From: Macrostomum lignano
Taxonomy: Eukaryota
Assembly (NCBI GenBank): GCA_002269645.1
Contig: NIVC01001647.1
Coordinates: 56,445-120,444 of the forward strand
Direction: 5' to 3'
DNA: 64,000 nt
Under the pieces are notes generated by a model. The model saw only the letters and a program-made list of their open reading frames with translations, did no database searches and was not told the origin of the DNA. The position numbers and the translations under genes were made by a program. Of this stretch, positions 52,863 to 64,000 are shown one piece after another. Positions within the stretch are counted from its first letter, which is position 1; every line of letters starts with the position of its first letter.

Positions 52863-55445
52863 GAGCGATTCTTAGGTGAGACTTGAAAATGGGAAGGGTG
52901 ATTCTTAGGTGAGACTTGAAATGGGAAGGGTGATTCTTAGGTGAGACTTGAAATGGGAAGGGTGATTCTTAGGTGAGACTTGAAATGGCAAGGGTGATTC
53001 TTAGGTGAGACTTGAAATGGGAAGGGTGATTCTTAGGTGAGACTTGAAATGGGAAGGGTGATTCTTAGGTGAGACTTGAAATGGGAAGGGTGATTCTTAG
53101 GTGAGACTTGAAATGGGAAGGGTGATTCTTAGGTGAGACTTGAAATGGCAAGGGTGATTCTTAGGTGAGACTTGAAATGGGAAGGGTGATTCTTAGGTGA
53201 GACTTGAAATGGGAAGGGTGATTCTTAGGTGACTTGAAATGGGAAGGGTGATTCTTAGGTGAGACTTGAAATGGGAAGGGTGATTCTTAGGTGAGACTTG
53301 AAATGGGAAGGGTGATTCTTAGGTGAGACTTGAAATGGGAAGGGTGATTCTTAGGTGCGACTTGAAAATGGGAAGGGTGATTCTTAGGTGAGACTTGAAA
53401 TGGGAAGGGTGATTCTTAGGTGAGACTTGAAATGGCAAGGGTGATTCTTAGGTGAGACTTAAAAATGGGAAGGGTGATTCTTAGGTGCGACTTGAAATGG
53501 CAAGGGTGATTCTTAGGTGAGACTTGAAATGGGAAGGGTGATTCTTAGGTGAGACTTAAAAATGGGAAGGGTTATTCTTAGGTGAGACTTGAAAATGGGA
53601 AGGGTGATTCTTAGGTGAGACTTGAAATGGGAAGGGTGATTCTTAGGTGAGACTTGAAATGGGAAGGGTGATTCTTAGGTGAGACTTGAAATGGGAAGGG
53701 TGATTCTTAGGTGAGACTTGAAATGGGAAGGGTGATTCTTAGGTGAGACTTGAAATGGCAAGGGTGATTCTTAGGTGAGACTTGAAATGGCAAGGGTGAT
53801 TCTTAGGTGAGACTTGAAATGGGAAGGGTGATTCTTAGGTGCGACTTGAAAATGGGAAGGGTGATTCTTAGGTGAGACTTGAAATGGCAAGGGTGATTCT
53901 TAGGTGAGACTTAAAAATGGGAAGGGTGATTCTTAGGTGCGACTTGAAATGGCAAGGGTGATTCTTAGGTGAGACTTGAAATGGGAAGGGTGATTCTTAG
54001 GTGAGACTTGAAATGGGAAGGGTGATTCTTAGGTGAGACTTGAAATGGGAAGGGTGATTCTTAGGTGAGACTTGAAATGGCAAGGGTGATTCTTAGGTGA
54101 GACTTGAAATGGGAAGGGTGATTCTTAGGTGAGACTTGAAATGGGAAGGGTGATTCTTAGGTGAGACTTGAAATGGGAAGGGTGATTCTTAGGTGAGACT
54201 TGAAATGGGAAGGGTGATTCTTAGGTGAGACTTGAAATGGGAAGGGTGATTCTTAGGTGAGACTTGAAATGGGAAGGGTGATTCTTAGGTGAGACTTGAA
54301 ATGGGAAGGGTGATTCTTAGGTGACTTGAAATGGGAAGGGTGATTCTTAGGTGAGACTTGAAATGGGAAGGGTGATTCTTAGGTGAGACTTGAAATGGGA
54401 AGGGTGATTCTTAGGTGAGACTTGAAATGGGAAGGGTGATTCTTAGGTGCGACTTGAAAATGGGAAGGGTGATTCTTAGGTGAGACTTGAAATGGGAAGG
54501 GTGATTCTTAGGTGAGACTTGAAATGGGAAGGGTGATTCTTAGGTGAGACTTAAAAATGGGAAGGGTGATTCTTAGGTGCGACTTGAAATGGCAAGGGTG
54601 ATTCTTAGGTGAGACTTGAAATGGGAAGGGTGATTCTTAGGTGAGACTTAAAAATGGGAAGGGTTATTCTTAGGTGAGACTTGAAAATGGGAAGGGTGAT
54701 TCTTAGGTGAGACTTGAAATGGGAAGGGTGATTCTTAGGTGAGACTTGAAATGGGAAGGGTGATTCTTAGGTGAGACTTGAAATGGGAAGGGTGATTCTT
54801 AGGTGAGACTTGAAATGGGAAGGGTGATTCTTAGGTGAGACTTGAAATGGCAAGGGTGATTCTTAGGTGAGACTTGAAATGGCAAGGGTGATTCTTAGGT
54901 GAGACTTGAAATGGGAAGGGTGATTCTTAGGTGCGACTTGAAAATGGGAAGGGTGATTCTTAGGTGAGACTTGAAATGGGAAGGGTGATTCTTAGGTGAG
55001 ACTTGAAAATGGGAAGGGTGATTCTTAGGTGAGACTTGAAATGGGAAGGGTGATTCTTAGGTGAGACTTGAAATGGGAAGGGTGATTCTTAGGTGCGACT
55101 TGAAAATGGGAAGGGTGATTCTTAGGTGAGACTTGGAAAGGAGAGAGGCGATTCTCAGGTGAGACTTGGAAAGGAGAGAGGCGATTCTCAGGTAAGACTT
55201 AAAAATGGGAAGGGCGATTCTCAGGTGAGACGAGAAAATGGGAGGGGCGATTCTAAGGTGAGACTTGGAAAGGAGAGAGGCGATTCTCAGGTGAGACTCG
55301 AAAATAGGAAGGGCGATTTTCAGGTGAGACTTGACAATGGGAGGGGCGATTCTAAGGTGAGACTTGAAAAGGAAAGAGGCGATTCTCAGGTGAGACTTGA
55401 AAATGGGAAGGGCGATTCTCAGGTGAGACTGGGAAAGGAGAGAGG
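52863..55445. repeat. 32-bp minisatellite GGGTGATTCTTAGGTGAGACTTGAAATGGGAA, ~80 copies
   Basis: Direct tandem repeat with diverged 33-bp units at the ends. Confidence 0.98.
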
Positions 55446-56713
55446 CTATTATCTGGGGTCCTACTTATGAGCAGAACAAAGCAACAAAATATGGAGAACG
55501 AAATTCAGCTGGCTTTAAAAATCCTTGTCTACTTGTACACTACTGATAAGAACTTTCAGACCTACAAAAACCGAACTTTGTACCATAGACCAAAACTTTT
55601 GCAGTATTACGAGTATAAAAGATATCAGTGTCGTGCCAATCGGTTTTAGGCCATAGACAATAACAAAAAGAGTTTTAAAAAAGCTATTTCTAGCCTCTAT
55701 CTATGGCACTAACCAATTTCCAGCCAAGGACTATCAATTATAAAGCCAGATTAGAAAGATTTATATCAGTCAGTTACTAAGGTGATTGCGCAACGGTCTG
55801 TTTACAATCAGACTAACGCAGTAGGCAACTAGACAAACTAGACACAGCTTAAAACAGGCAGCGGCTTGCCTAGACAGACCTGCAGGACGATTTCAACTCT
55901 CCTTCGAAGTGAGAGAGTGAGTCAGCGAGCGATTCAAAAGAAATTCATTGTTGTTAAGGCGAGGAAAACCCCGAGACAACACCTCTATAGCTACGAGTAT
56001 AAGTGCGAGATAGATACAAAATTGGGTAGACCAGTAGGACTAAACAATCAAGACCCAGAAGCTCAGAATTAGACAGCCGAAAAGATAAAACCGCAAGTCT
56101 TGTCGTGACCTCAGACGACCTTATCTTTCACATTGAACATTTGACAAGTCAACGTTTTTATAGTGCTATCAAGCGCCAGTCGGCTGGAAGCGCAGCTGAC
56201 AGGTGTGTTGCTAGGCACAGTTTATTTTTACCAGAACAGAGAAAATATATATAATAACAATAATCTGCTGCGGGCTTCTAAAGCTATAATTCTACGTATA
56301 ATCAGGAAATCTTAAATAATGCTATTAACAGATGGACAGCGACACAGACTGGGGTCTCTGGGAAGATTTGATGATGGGCAAACATTGATTGCGCGAAATG
56401 CAGCTCATGAATTGACTCGATTAATTGCAATATATCTATATCGTTAATATGCATAGGTATACGATAATGTTAACAACAAAAGCAAAGTGTAGCCGGGGCA
56501 AAATAACTGAAATTTCGAACAAGATATAGACAAGAAACTGGAACCGGGCATTGAACAGAGGAAACGGGAGATCAAAAAATCGGAAGGGAGGGGATAAGAG
56601 GATTAAGGTACATGGCAATGGGATCCCGTTGAGAATCCGGGATGTAAGCAAAGAGATTTAAACAGCGGACAATGAAAGTGTCAATGAAACAGATCAGCAG
56701 GCAGTTCGCCAGC

Positions 56714-58666
56714 TCACAGCGGCAGCGGCACAAACGGCGGCACCAAGCAGTTGGACTCGATCGCGGCGCGCACATCCTCCGGTCCGGCCGCTGCGCCGCT
56801 GTGCAGCAGGCCGCACTCGACAAACAGCGGCCAGCACTGCTGCAGCACCTGGCCAAGGCTGGCCGGCCGCCTGTCCGGGTCCGGGTGGAGCAGCATCAGC
56901 ACCAGGCTGCGGTAGAGCAGGCTGGCCGGCCGGACAAACAGGCGCGAGAGCCGGCGGTAGCCGGGACCGGCCATGAAGTCGGCGTACTCTGCCACGGTGC
57001 GGGTGTAGCTGGGCGGCACGATGGGGAAGTAGTTGTGCAGCAGCCAGAAGGCCAGGCAGCCGTAGCTGAACCAGTCGGTGGCGCGGGTCACAACGCTGAC
57101 CCGGTCGCCGCCGCTGCCGCCGCCGCCTCCGCGGAGTATCTCAACAGGCAGGTGGAAGGTGCCCAGGCCGGCAGACAGGCAGCTCTCGGCGCGGCCGTCG
57201 CGCAGGGCCAGCGCGTGGCCGAGGTCGCACAGGCGGACGTGACCGCTAGCAGCGATCAGCACGTTGTCGGCCTTCACGTCCAGGTGGAGGAAGCCGCGGG
57301 CGTGCAGGAAGTCGATGGCGCAGCCGAGCTCGGCCAGGTAGAAGGCGGCCTCCCGCTCCACCAGCATGCGGCCGGTCTTGGCCAGGCTGCCGACCAGGTC
57401 CTGAAGGGAGCCGCCGGGCGCCAGTTCGAGCAGCAGGCAGCCGAGCTCGGAGCCGGCGTGCGTCAGCTGAACACTGTCAGCTAGCCAGAGCACGAAGGCA
57501 CTACGGTAGCTGTCCTCGGTGTGCCCGGCCTGCAGTCTGCGGTGCACTTGGCTCTCCTTCCGGTGCGTAGACAATCGATGCGTGCACTTTAAAGCCCGCG
57601 GCTCCAAGCACAGGCTGGCGTCTGATGGCGAGTGGCGATGGCGGTGCTGCACGAAGCAGAAGTACACTTGGCCGAAGTTGCCCCGGCCGAGACTGTGCGC
57701 CGGCTTGTACACCACCTGGCCGCCGGTTGGCGCAAACGGCGGCGGCGCCTCGGCGGCTGGGGGCGCGGCGCCGATCCCGGTGCGAATGGCGGCGGCAGTC
57801 AGCTTCTGCTGGTGCTGCGCCTGCTGCACGGGCAGCGGGGTGCGCATGCGATGATGGCAGACGGACTCGAAGAATGTCGGCGGAACCCACGGGCAGACAG
57901 GCTGTCTGGCGCAGCGGTTCATCAGCTCGGCAAGCAGGTCAGAAACTCCGAGACGGTCCGGACAGGCCTGGGCAGACGACGGGCCTAGGACGCCTTGGCG
58001 CAGAGCATTGACTCGGCCGCCTCGGCAGGCGGCGGCGGCGGCGGCCACCGCTGCAGCCGCAACGGCGGAGTTCTGGACGCAGCTGACGCCGTTGTTTCCA
58101 TCGCCGACGACGCCGTTGGTGTGGGGCGACGCTACCACTGCCGCTGCGGCCGCGGCGGCGGCCACTGCTGCGGCGGCTGCGCTGGTACCGCCGTGGTGGC
58201 ACATCGGCGAGGCTGCAGCCGGTACGGCAATGGCAAAGTCGGACTCTTCTCCTAGACCAGAATCGTTGCTGACTGCCGCCGACCAGAGGCGCAGAGTCGC
58301 TGCCGCGGCTGCTGTGGGATCGCGGGATGCAGACCCGCCGCTGCTGCCGCCGCCGATGCCTCCACCGCCACTTCCACCGGGACCGACGCCGCCGCCGATC
58401 CGTCCGACGTTGCCGACGAGGCCGCTGCTACCTCCGACAGCACCGCTTGCACCGTTACTGCCACCGGCGCCACCTCTGCAGACGCCGCTGACAACGCTGT
58501 CGCCGCCGCTGCCGACGCCGCCACCGGCGTCTGTGCCGCCGGCTCCGACAGACACGCCGCTGGCACCGCCACCGCTGCCGCCGCTGCTACCATCGTTTCG
58601 TCCTCGTCTCGCGCCGAAGACACTCATTGAGGCAAACATCTCTGAGAACGCGCTGTCAGCGAGCAT
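56714..58666 (-). CDS. Intronless Ser/Thr protein kinase, AGC-like and atypical (non-RD), with a long Gly/Ala-rich N-terminus (650 aa)
   Basis: GRGNFGQVY Gly-loop, ALK, KE (helix C), LLLELAPGGSL hinge, FYLAEL...LH...HLDVKADNVL catalytic loop, LCDLG, GTFHLPVE, DWFSYG, PDRRP, and C-terminal PPFVP as in AGC tails. Confidence 0.9.
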   Translation of the reverse strand: MLADSAFSEMFASMSVFGARRGRNDGSSGGSGGGASGVSVGAGGTDAGGGVGSGGDSVVSGVCRGGAGGSNGASGAVGGSSGLVGNVGRIGGGVGPGGSGGGGIGGGSSGGSASRDPTAAAAATLRLWSAAVSNDSGLGEESDFAIAVPAAASPMCHHGGTSAAAAAVAAAAAAAAVVASPHTNGVVGDGNNGVSCVQNSAVAAAAVAAAAAACRGGRVNALRQGVLGPSSAQACPDRLGVSDLLAELMNRCARQPVCPWVPPTFFESVCHHRMRTPLPVQQAQHQQKLTAAAIRTGIGAAPPAAEAPPPFAPTGGQVVYKPAHSLGRGNFGQVYFCFVQHRHRHSPSDASLCLEPRALKCTHRLSTHRKESQVHRRLQAGHTEDSYRSAFVLWLADSVQLTHAGSELGCLLLELAPGGSLQDLVGSLAKTGRMLVEREAAFYLAELGCAIDFLHARGFLHLDVKADNVLIAASGHVRLCDLGHALALRDGRAESCLSAGLGTFHLPVEILRGGGGGSGGDRVSVVTRATDWFSYGCLAFWLLHNYFPIVPPSYTRTVAEYADFMAGPGYRRLSRLFVRPASLLYRSLVLMLLHPDPDRRPASLGQVLQQCWPLFVECGLLHSGAAAGPEDVRAAIESNCLVPPFVPLPL

Positions 58667-59984
58667 CGCCTGGGTCTTAATAAAACATAAAGCACAGGAT
58701 CCTACAGACTAAATGGAACTGTAAGAATTCCTAATGGAAAGTGAAAAATCAAAGTCAAAACTAGCTCTGAAAGTGTCAGGGAGAAAAACTAGCGCTCCAG
58801 ACCGACCCTCTTGTGGCCATTCTGGCGCGGGCCCAGTTCACCCATTTTATAGAGATAGGAGAGCCACCCACCCCCCCTGAAATCAAATTCAACAGTTAAA
58901 GGCGCACTCTCCGCTCCCGTCTTCCCTGTGTGCGCTAGAGGGGCTTTAGAATTTCAGAGGGTTGGTGCTGGACTGGGGGCTGCACAGAGGGGTGTGGGGT
59001 GGGGCAGTGGTCGGGCGGGGGTGGGTGTTTTACTTGGCCGTCGTGCCATCGTGCCCCTGCTAAGCTCAAAGACCCTTGAATTTTCTACACCCTCGTTTTT
59101 GGCACACTTGTCTAGCCCAGCGCCGGGTGGTCGGAAAGGATGGCATAGGGCCCGCTCTGAAATTGAGGGTGTGCGCTGTGAGAGCCGTTACGTAATGTTG
59201 AACTCAACTCGCGTAACACATTTGTACACAAAATTCTTCCCGGGCCACGAGTTCTTTTGTGCTATCACTAGGAAAATAGGTCGCACAAAGGACCTGTTGG
59301 GCCAATATTGAAGTATTGATTACTCCTAAGTAGCATGATGGCTGCAAAACGAAATTGCTCATTTTCAGTGTCAAGTTTGCCCGTACTTACGAGTAAGTCA
59401 ATATTACTTTTTAATCGGTAAAGTTTATACTAATTGCATTTAAAAAATGTAACTTTTAATTATATTATTTACTAGGATATCTGCGTTGAATTTTAATTTC
59501 AATTGATGCTTGATTTCGCTGCAATCTTATCTTAGATCAGTCCAAGAAGTATAATTATATCTCTTCGTTCAAAATAGTACGATGGCACCAGAGATCTGTT
59601 ATCTGGGAGGGCAATAAAGCAAGCTGAACCAATTCTACTACTTATCAACTTCAGGCGCCCCCCCACACTGTCTGCTTACCGAATACGAACTTTCGACCTT
59701 GGAATTTCGACTTTTGTTTGTGAAGCCAAAATACTAAAGTTAATGACCGCAATTCGTCCAGACCCGACAGCGGTTACACAATACAATATTTTCCAGGTGG
59801 TATGAAAGTGCACCTCGAGGGCTATTTATCAGGCTTTTAATTAGGAGGCTTACGTTAGTGTTTCACCACTGCAGCGATTATTTCATTATAAGCTGAAACC
59901 AACCATCAAAAGTTTGGATGACTCACTGAAAAACTGTGCTGAGGGTAGCAATGACCTAGGGTGAAGGTACCGCTAAAAACTGGG

Positions 59985-60495
59985 GTTAGGTTATGCAGTG
60001 ACCTATCGAAGAACTGGGCTGGGAGGCAGCAGTGACCCATCGAAGAACTGGGGGGGGGGGAGGCAGCGGTGACCCACCGAAGAACTTTGGGGGGGAGGCA
60101 GCGGTGACACACTGAAAAACTGGGGTGGGAGGCAGCTGTGACACACTGAAGAACTGGGGTGTCAGGCAGCGGTGACACACTAAAGAACTGGGGTGTCAGG
60201 CAGCTGTGACACACTGAAGAACTGGGGTGTCAGGCAGCTGTGACACATTGAAGAACTGGGGTGTCAGGCAGCTGTGACACACTGAAGAACTGGGGTGTCA
60301 GGCAGCTGTGACACACTGAAGAGCTGGGGTGTCAGGCAGCGGTGACACACTGAAGAACTGGGGTGGGAGGCAGCTGTGACACACTGAAGAACTGGGGTGT
60401 CAGGCAGCTGTGACACACTGAAGAACTGGGGTGTCAGGCAGCTGTGACACACTGAAGAACTGGCAGCTATGACTGACACACTGAAGAACTGGGTA
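59985..60495. repeat. 34-bp minisatellite CACACTGAAGAACTGGGGTGTCAGGCAGCTGTGA
   Basis: Direct tandem repeat with diverged units on the left edge. Confidence 0.94.
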
Positions 60496-61085
60496 TTTGC
60501 TGTGCTGTGTCTACCATGTCAAACAAACCTATTCGGAGTACCATTTCTTGTGTCAAGTCTGACTCCGGTAAAACAAAAATTTATTTATCCCTGATATTTC
60601 ACCAAAAATGTCTTATTTGACCAAATTCTCACCGAAGTGCAGATGAATTTATTGAAAAGCACCTTTATTGAAAACAAGGAACCTTCTAAGAAAAATTTAC
60701 CAAGTCAGACATCAGCAGGTGCAATCAGGAGAAGCTAATTGCTTAAAATTTTGCAGGTATTCAGGGGCTCAGAAGCACAAGTGAAAGCACATGTGCAGTG
60801 CAACTGAGCGACCCCGACTTGTCTCTTGGCCATTTTTCCTGTTGCTACTCGCAATAATTTGAAATTACTGCCCGACCTGACAGCAATGTACTCGTTAAAC
60901 ACATTACTGATTAGAATAGTCAATTATTCAACAATTTTCAGTAGTACTATGTTAATTCACAGCAAAAGTAATATCATATTAAACCTGAGACGAAATAAGC
61001 GTCACTGCAGTAGTAGTTCGTGAGTTAATACTCGTAATTAATAAGCAATAAGTTCAAGGCTTGTTGACCTCAACGAGTCATAATG

Positions 61086-61719
61086 TTCACTCTACTTGGG
61101 TCAGTAGTGGTGGTGTAGGTCACTCACTGTACTTGGGTCTGTAGTGATGTAGGTCACTCACTGTACTTGGGTCAGTAGTGGTGATGTAGGTCACTCACTG
61201 TACTTGGTCAGTAGTGGTGATGTAGGTCACTCACTCTACTTGGCTCATTAGTGGTGATGTAGGTCACTCACTCTACTTGGGTCAGCAGTGGTAGTGTAGG
61301 TCACTCACTCTACTTGGGTCAGTAGTAGTGATGTAGGTCACTCACTGTACTTGGGTCAGTGGGTCAACAGTGGTGGTGTAGATCACTCACTGTACTACTA
61401 GGGTCAGTAGTGGTGATGTAGGTCACTCACTCTACTTGGGTCAGCAGTGGTAGTGTAGGTCACTCACTCTACTTGGGTCAGTGGGTCAACAGTGGTGGTG
61501 TAGATCACTCACTGTACTACTAGGGTCAGTAGTGGTGATGTAGGTCACTCACTCTACTTGGGTCAGTGGGTCAGCAGTGGTGGTGTAGATCACTCACTGT
61601 ACTACTAGGGTCAGTAGTGGTGATGTAGGTCACTCACTCTACTGGGGTCAGCAATGGTGATGTAGGTCACTCACTCTACTTGGGTCAGTAGTGGTGATGT
61701 AGGTCACTCACTGTACTCA
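61086..61719. repeat. ~37-bp minisatellite GGTCACTCACTCTACTTGGGTCAGTAGTGGTGATGTA
   Basis: Tandem repeat with indel variants. Confidence 0.94.
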
Positions 61720-61722
61720 GTT

Positions 61723-61728
61723 TTTATT
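61723..61728 (-). terminator. Candidate polyadenylation signal (AATAAA) of the MATE gene
   Basis: Plus-strand TTTATT, ~125 nt downstream of the MATE stop codon. Confidence 0.4.
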
Positions 61729-61852
61729 ACATCAGCTGTACCATTCAGTACGCATAAAATCGGTGGTTCTCCTTACGAGTCAATCGATCGGTTCATCAGC
61801 GTGTTGTCACAATCTAGGTTGGTTGTTAATACGAGATTAGTTTAGCCTGCAG

Positions 61853-62260
61853 TCACAACAGGAACCTGGCGGTCAAAGCGCCAGCCAGCACCAGGAACAG
61901 GACGGCCAGCACCGCCAGCTTCCCTGCAGCGACTCGGCACCAACTCCGTTTCAACCGGCAGGCGTCGGGGTCTCCGGCTGAGTTCAGCAGCGGCAGGCGC
62001 TCCGACTCGCCCAGGGCTCGATCCTGGGCCCGCTCCGCCTCGGCTCGCCAGTCGAGCAGGCAGAGGGTGAACGTCAGCAGGAGGACGGCCTCAGCTGTTA
62101 GACCCAGCAGGAGACCGAGCCACAGGCCTGGGATGCCCCAGCCGGCCGGCAACGCGAGCGGCACTCCGATTGGCAGCGCCAGAGCGTAGAAGCCGACAAA
62201 GTTGACGAGGGCTCCGGCGGCTTGCCGGCCGCAGCCGCGCAGAGCGCCGCCTGAAACCGC
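61853..62260 (-). CDS. MATE/SLC47-family transporter, last exon
   Basis: Acceptor AAACAG|GCG; AVSGGALRGCGRQAAGALVNFVGFYALALPIGVPL...GIPGLWLG matches the MATE C-terminal half; extra C-terminal hydrophobic helix as in animal SLC47; ends in TGA. Confidence 0.92.
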   Translation of the reverse strand, partial: AVSGGALRGCGRQAAGALVNFVGFYALALPIGVPLALPAGWGIPGLWLGLLLGLTAEAVLLLTFTLCLLDWRAEAERAQDRALGESERLPLLNSAGDPDACRLKRSWCRVAAGKLAVLAVLFLVLAGALTARFLL

Positions 62261-62275
62261 CTGTTTGATTTGAAG

Positions 62276-62640
62276 GTAGAATGAGAGAAATGAGATAGAA
62301 TGAGTACACGGAGTCTTTGTTTAATGCCCTCATAGAGGTAGAATGAGTACACGGAGTCTTTGTTCAATGCCCTCATAGAGGAGGTAGAATGAGTACACGG
62401 AGTCTTTGTTCAATGCCCTCATAGAGGAGGTAGAATGAGTACACGGAGTCTATGTTCAATGCCCTCATAGAGGAGGTAGAATGAGTACACGGAGTCTATG
62501 TTCAATGCCCTCATAGAGGAGGTAGAATGAGTACACGGAGTCTTTGTTCAATGCCCTCATAGAGGAGGTAGAATGAGTACACGGAGTCTTTGTTCAATGC
62601 CTCATAGAGGAGGTAGAGTGAGTACATGGAGTCTATTCAA
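62276..62640. repeat. 46-bp minisatellite filling a MATE intron
   Basis: GGTAGAATGAGTACACGGAGTCTTTGTTCAATGCCCTCATAGAGGA, ~8 copies, inside intron 62261-62730. Confidence 0.94.
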
Positions 62641-62730
62641 TGACCTCAGATGGAGAACCGTTTGACAGTCTTCGGTTCATTGCCTACTTAGAGTTATAAA
62701 CACGGGCATACGGAGCAGGATCAAACTCAC

Positions 62731-62876
62731 AGACAGTCCGTCGGAGAGTTGAAACGCCGCCATGAGAGGTAGGACCCTGGTCACGTGATCCCGGACGTCC
62801 TGGCTGGCGGTGAACAGCATGGGAAGGTGGAACCGCAGGAGCAAAATCGCTGCTGCTGAAAGGCTGGCGGTCACCG
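62731..62876 (-). CDS. MATE transporter internal exon
   Basis: Acceptor TTTTCAAG|CG (phase 1), donor TCT|GTGAGT (phase 0); ...LLLRFHLPMLFTASQDVRDHVTRVLPLMAAFQLSDGLS. Confidence 0.88.
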
Positions 62877-62973
62877 CTTGAAAATGGGGTGGAGCAGCAA
62901 TTGTTCGAGTTGATAGCCACGCAATGTTTCTCAATCGATTTTATTTTATAAAGATAAGACAAGACGGACTCAC

Positions 62974-63082
62974 CAACCATGACCAGGCCGGCTTTGTAGG
63001 CTAGCTTTGCTCGGCCAGCATGTCCGGCGCCCAGTTCCTGGCCGACGCGAATGTTCACGGCGATGGACAGGCCGAGAGGAAT
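62974..63082 (-). CDS. MATE transporter internal exon
   Basis: Acceptor CGCAG|ATT, donor G|GTGAGT (phase 1); IPLGLSIAVNIRVGQELGAG is the MATE signature RVGxxLGAG. Confidence 0.92.
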
Positions 63083-63134
63083 CTGCGCCCGATGGCCGAG
63101 GGGGTCGAGTGTACTAATTAAATAAAACTTCTAG

Positions 63135-63578
63135 ATAGATAGAGACATAAGACAGATGGATAGAGAAATGAGACAGGTAGACAGAGACATGAGACAGGAA
63201 GATAGAGACAGATGAGACAGGTAGGTAGAGAAATGAGACAGGTAGACAGAGAGATGAGATAGGTAGACAGAGATGAGACAGGTAGATAGAGAGATGAGAC
63301 AGGTAGACAGAAAGATGAGACAGGTAGATAGAGAGATGAGACAGGTAGACAGAGAGATGAGACAGGTAGACACAGAGATGAGACAGGTAGACAGAGACAT
63401 GAGACAGGTAGACAGACATGAAACAGGTAGACAGAGACATGAGACAGGTGGATAGAGACATGAGGCAGGTAGATAGAGACATGAGGCAGGTTGATAGAGA
63501 GATGAGACAAGTAGACAGAGACATGAGACAGGTAGACAGAGACATGAGACAGGTAGACAGAGACATGAGACGGGTAGA
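63135..63578. repeat. 21/22-bp GAGACAGGTAGACAGAGA(C/G)AT repeats filling a MATE intron
   Basis: Tandem repeat inside intron 63083-63679. Confidence 0.94.
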
Positions 63579-63679
63579 CAAGTGAATGATTGCAAGAAAA
63601 ACATAAAGAGGAAACAAAGAACCAGAGATATGGTGGACCTGATGCACGCAGTGGTGCATTGCAGCCTCACCAGCCTCAC

Positions 63680-64000
63680 CATATAAGTCCAGACCTCCAG
63701 CTGGAACAGAACGCCCTGAGCACCAGCTGCGAGTCGGAGATGAGCCCGGCCACCAGAGTGGCAATCTCGAAGCTCCATTCCTCCAGCGCGACCAGCGCAA
63801 CCCCAGCCAGGCCCAGCCGGACAAAACCGGCCCAGCCGGTCAGCGCCTGCCAGCTGAGGCCCGGCCAGGTGTCCGAGTAGATGCCGGACATGAGCACGTA
63901 GGCCAGCAGCAGGCTGAGCATGAGGCCAGCGAGGCAGCCTGGCAGAGAGCGGAGGCCCGATAAGCCGAAGCCGTGCCAGAAGATCAGCGCGTACTGCGCA
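63680..64000 (-). CDS. MATE transporter exon, 5'-partial, with a 1-nt frameshift near 63723
   Basis: LAYVLMSGIYSDTWPGLSWQALTGWAGFVRLGLAGVALVALEEWSFEIATLVAGLISDSQL, then in another frame GAQGVLFQLEVWTYM|GTGAGG. Matches SLC47 W...EWW..E....G.LG..ELGAQ. Confidence 0.85.

Noticed and set aside
56672-58712. Plus-strand ORFs opposite the kinase
   Set aside because: Antisense shadows of GC3-rich coding sequence.

Overview
Eukaryotic (animal) genomic DNA. GC/CpG-rich exons with GT-AG introns sit among roughly 30 different micro- and minisatellite arrays; this style suggests a Macrostomum-like flatworm (inference only). Four coding units are supported. (1) A Ty3/Gypsy (Mag-like) LTR retrotransposon on the minus strand, with a 187-bp 5' LTR (3820-4006), a tRNA-Ser-type PBS and one apparently uninterrupted gag-pol frame from 3818 running off the window start. 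(2) A delta-type protocadherin on the plus strand (signal peptide, 7 cadherin repeats, TM, cytoplasmic WIRS and CM1-like motifs); five exons join in phase from 33244 to 51503. (3) An intronless, atypical non-RD AGC-like Ser/Thr kinase on the minus strand (56714-58666). (4) The 3' part of a MATE/SLC47-type transporter on the minus strand (4 exons, 61853 to beyond 64000) with a 1-nt frameshift that is probably a sequencing error. Most long ORFs in the supplied track are repeat artefacts or antisense shadows. No prokaryotic system, CRISPR, tRNA or rRNA was found. The most unusual observations are: all seven deduced introns hold their own tandem repeats, one of them in-frame and stop-free; kilobase (TATC)n and (GATA)n arrays in inverted orientation bracket the protocadherin ectodomain/TM exons; the gag start codon overlaps the PBS; and the kinase motifs are degenerate. 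None of these is a demonstrated new system; they are testable hypotheses.
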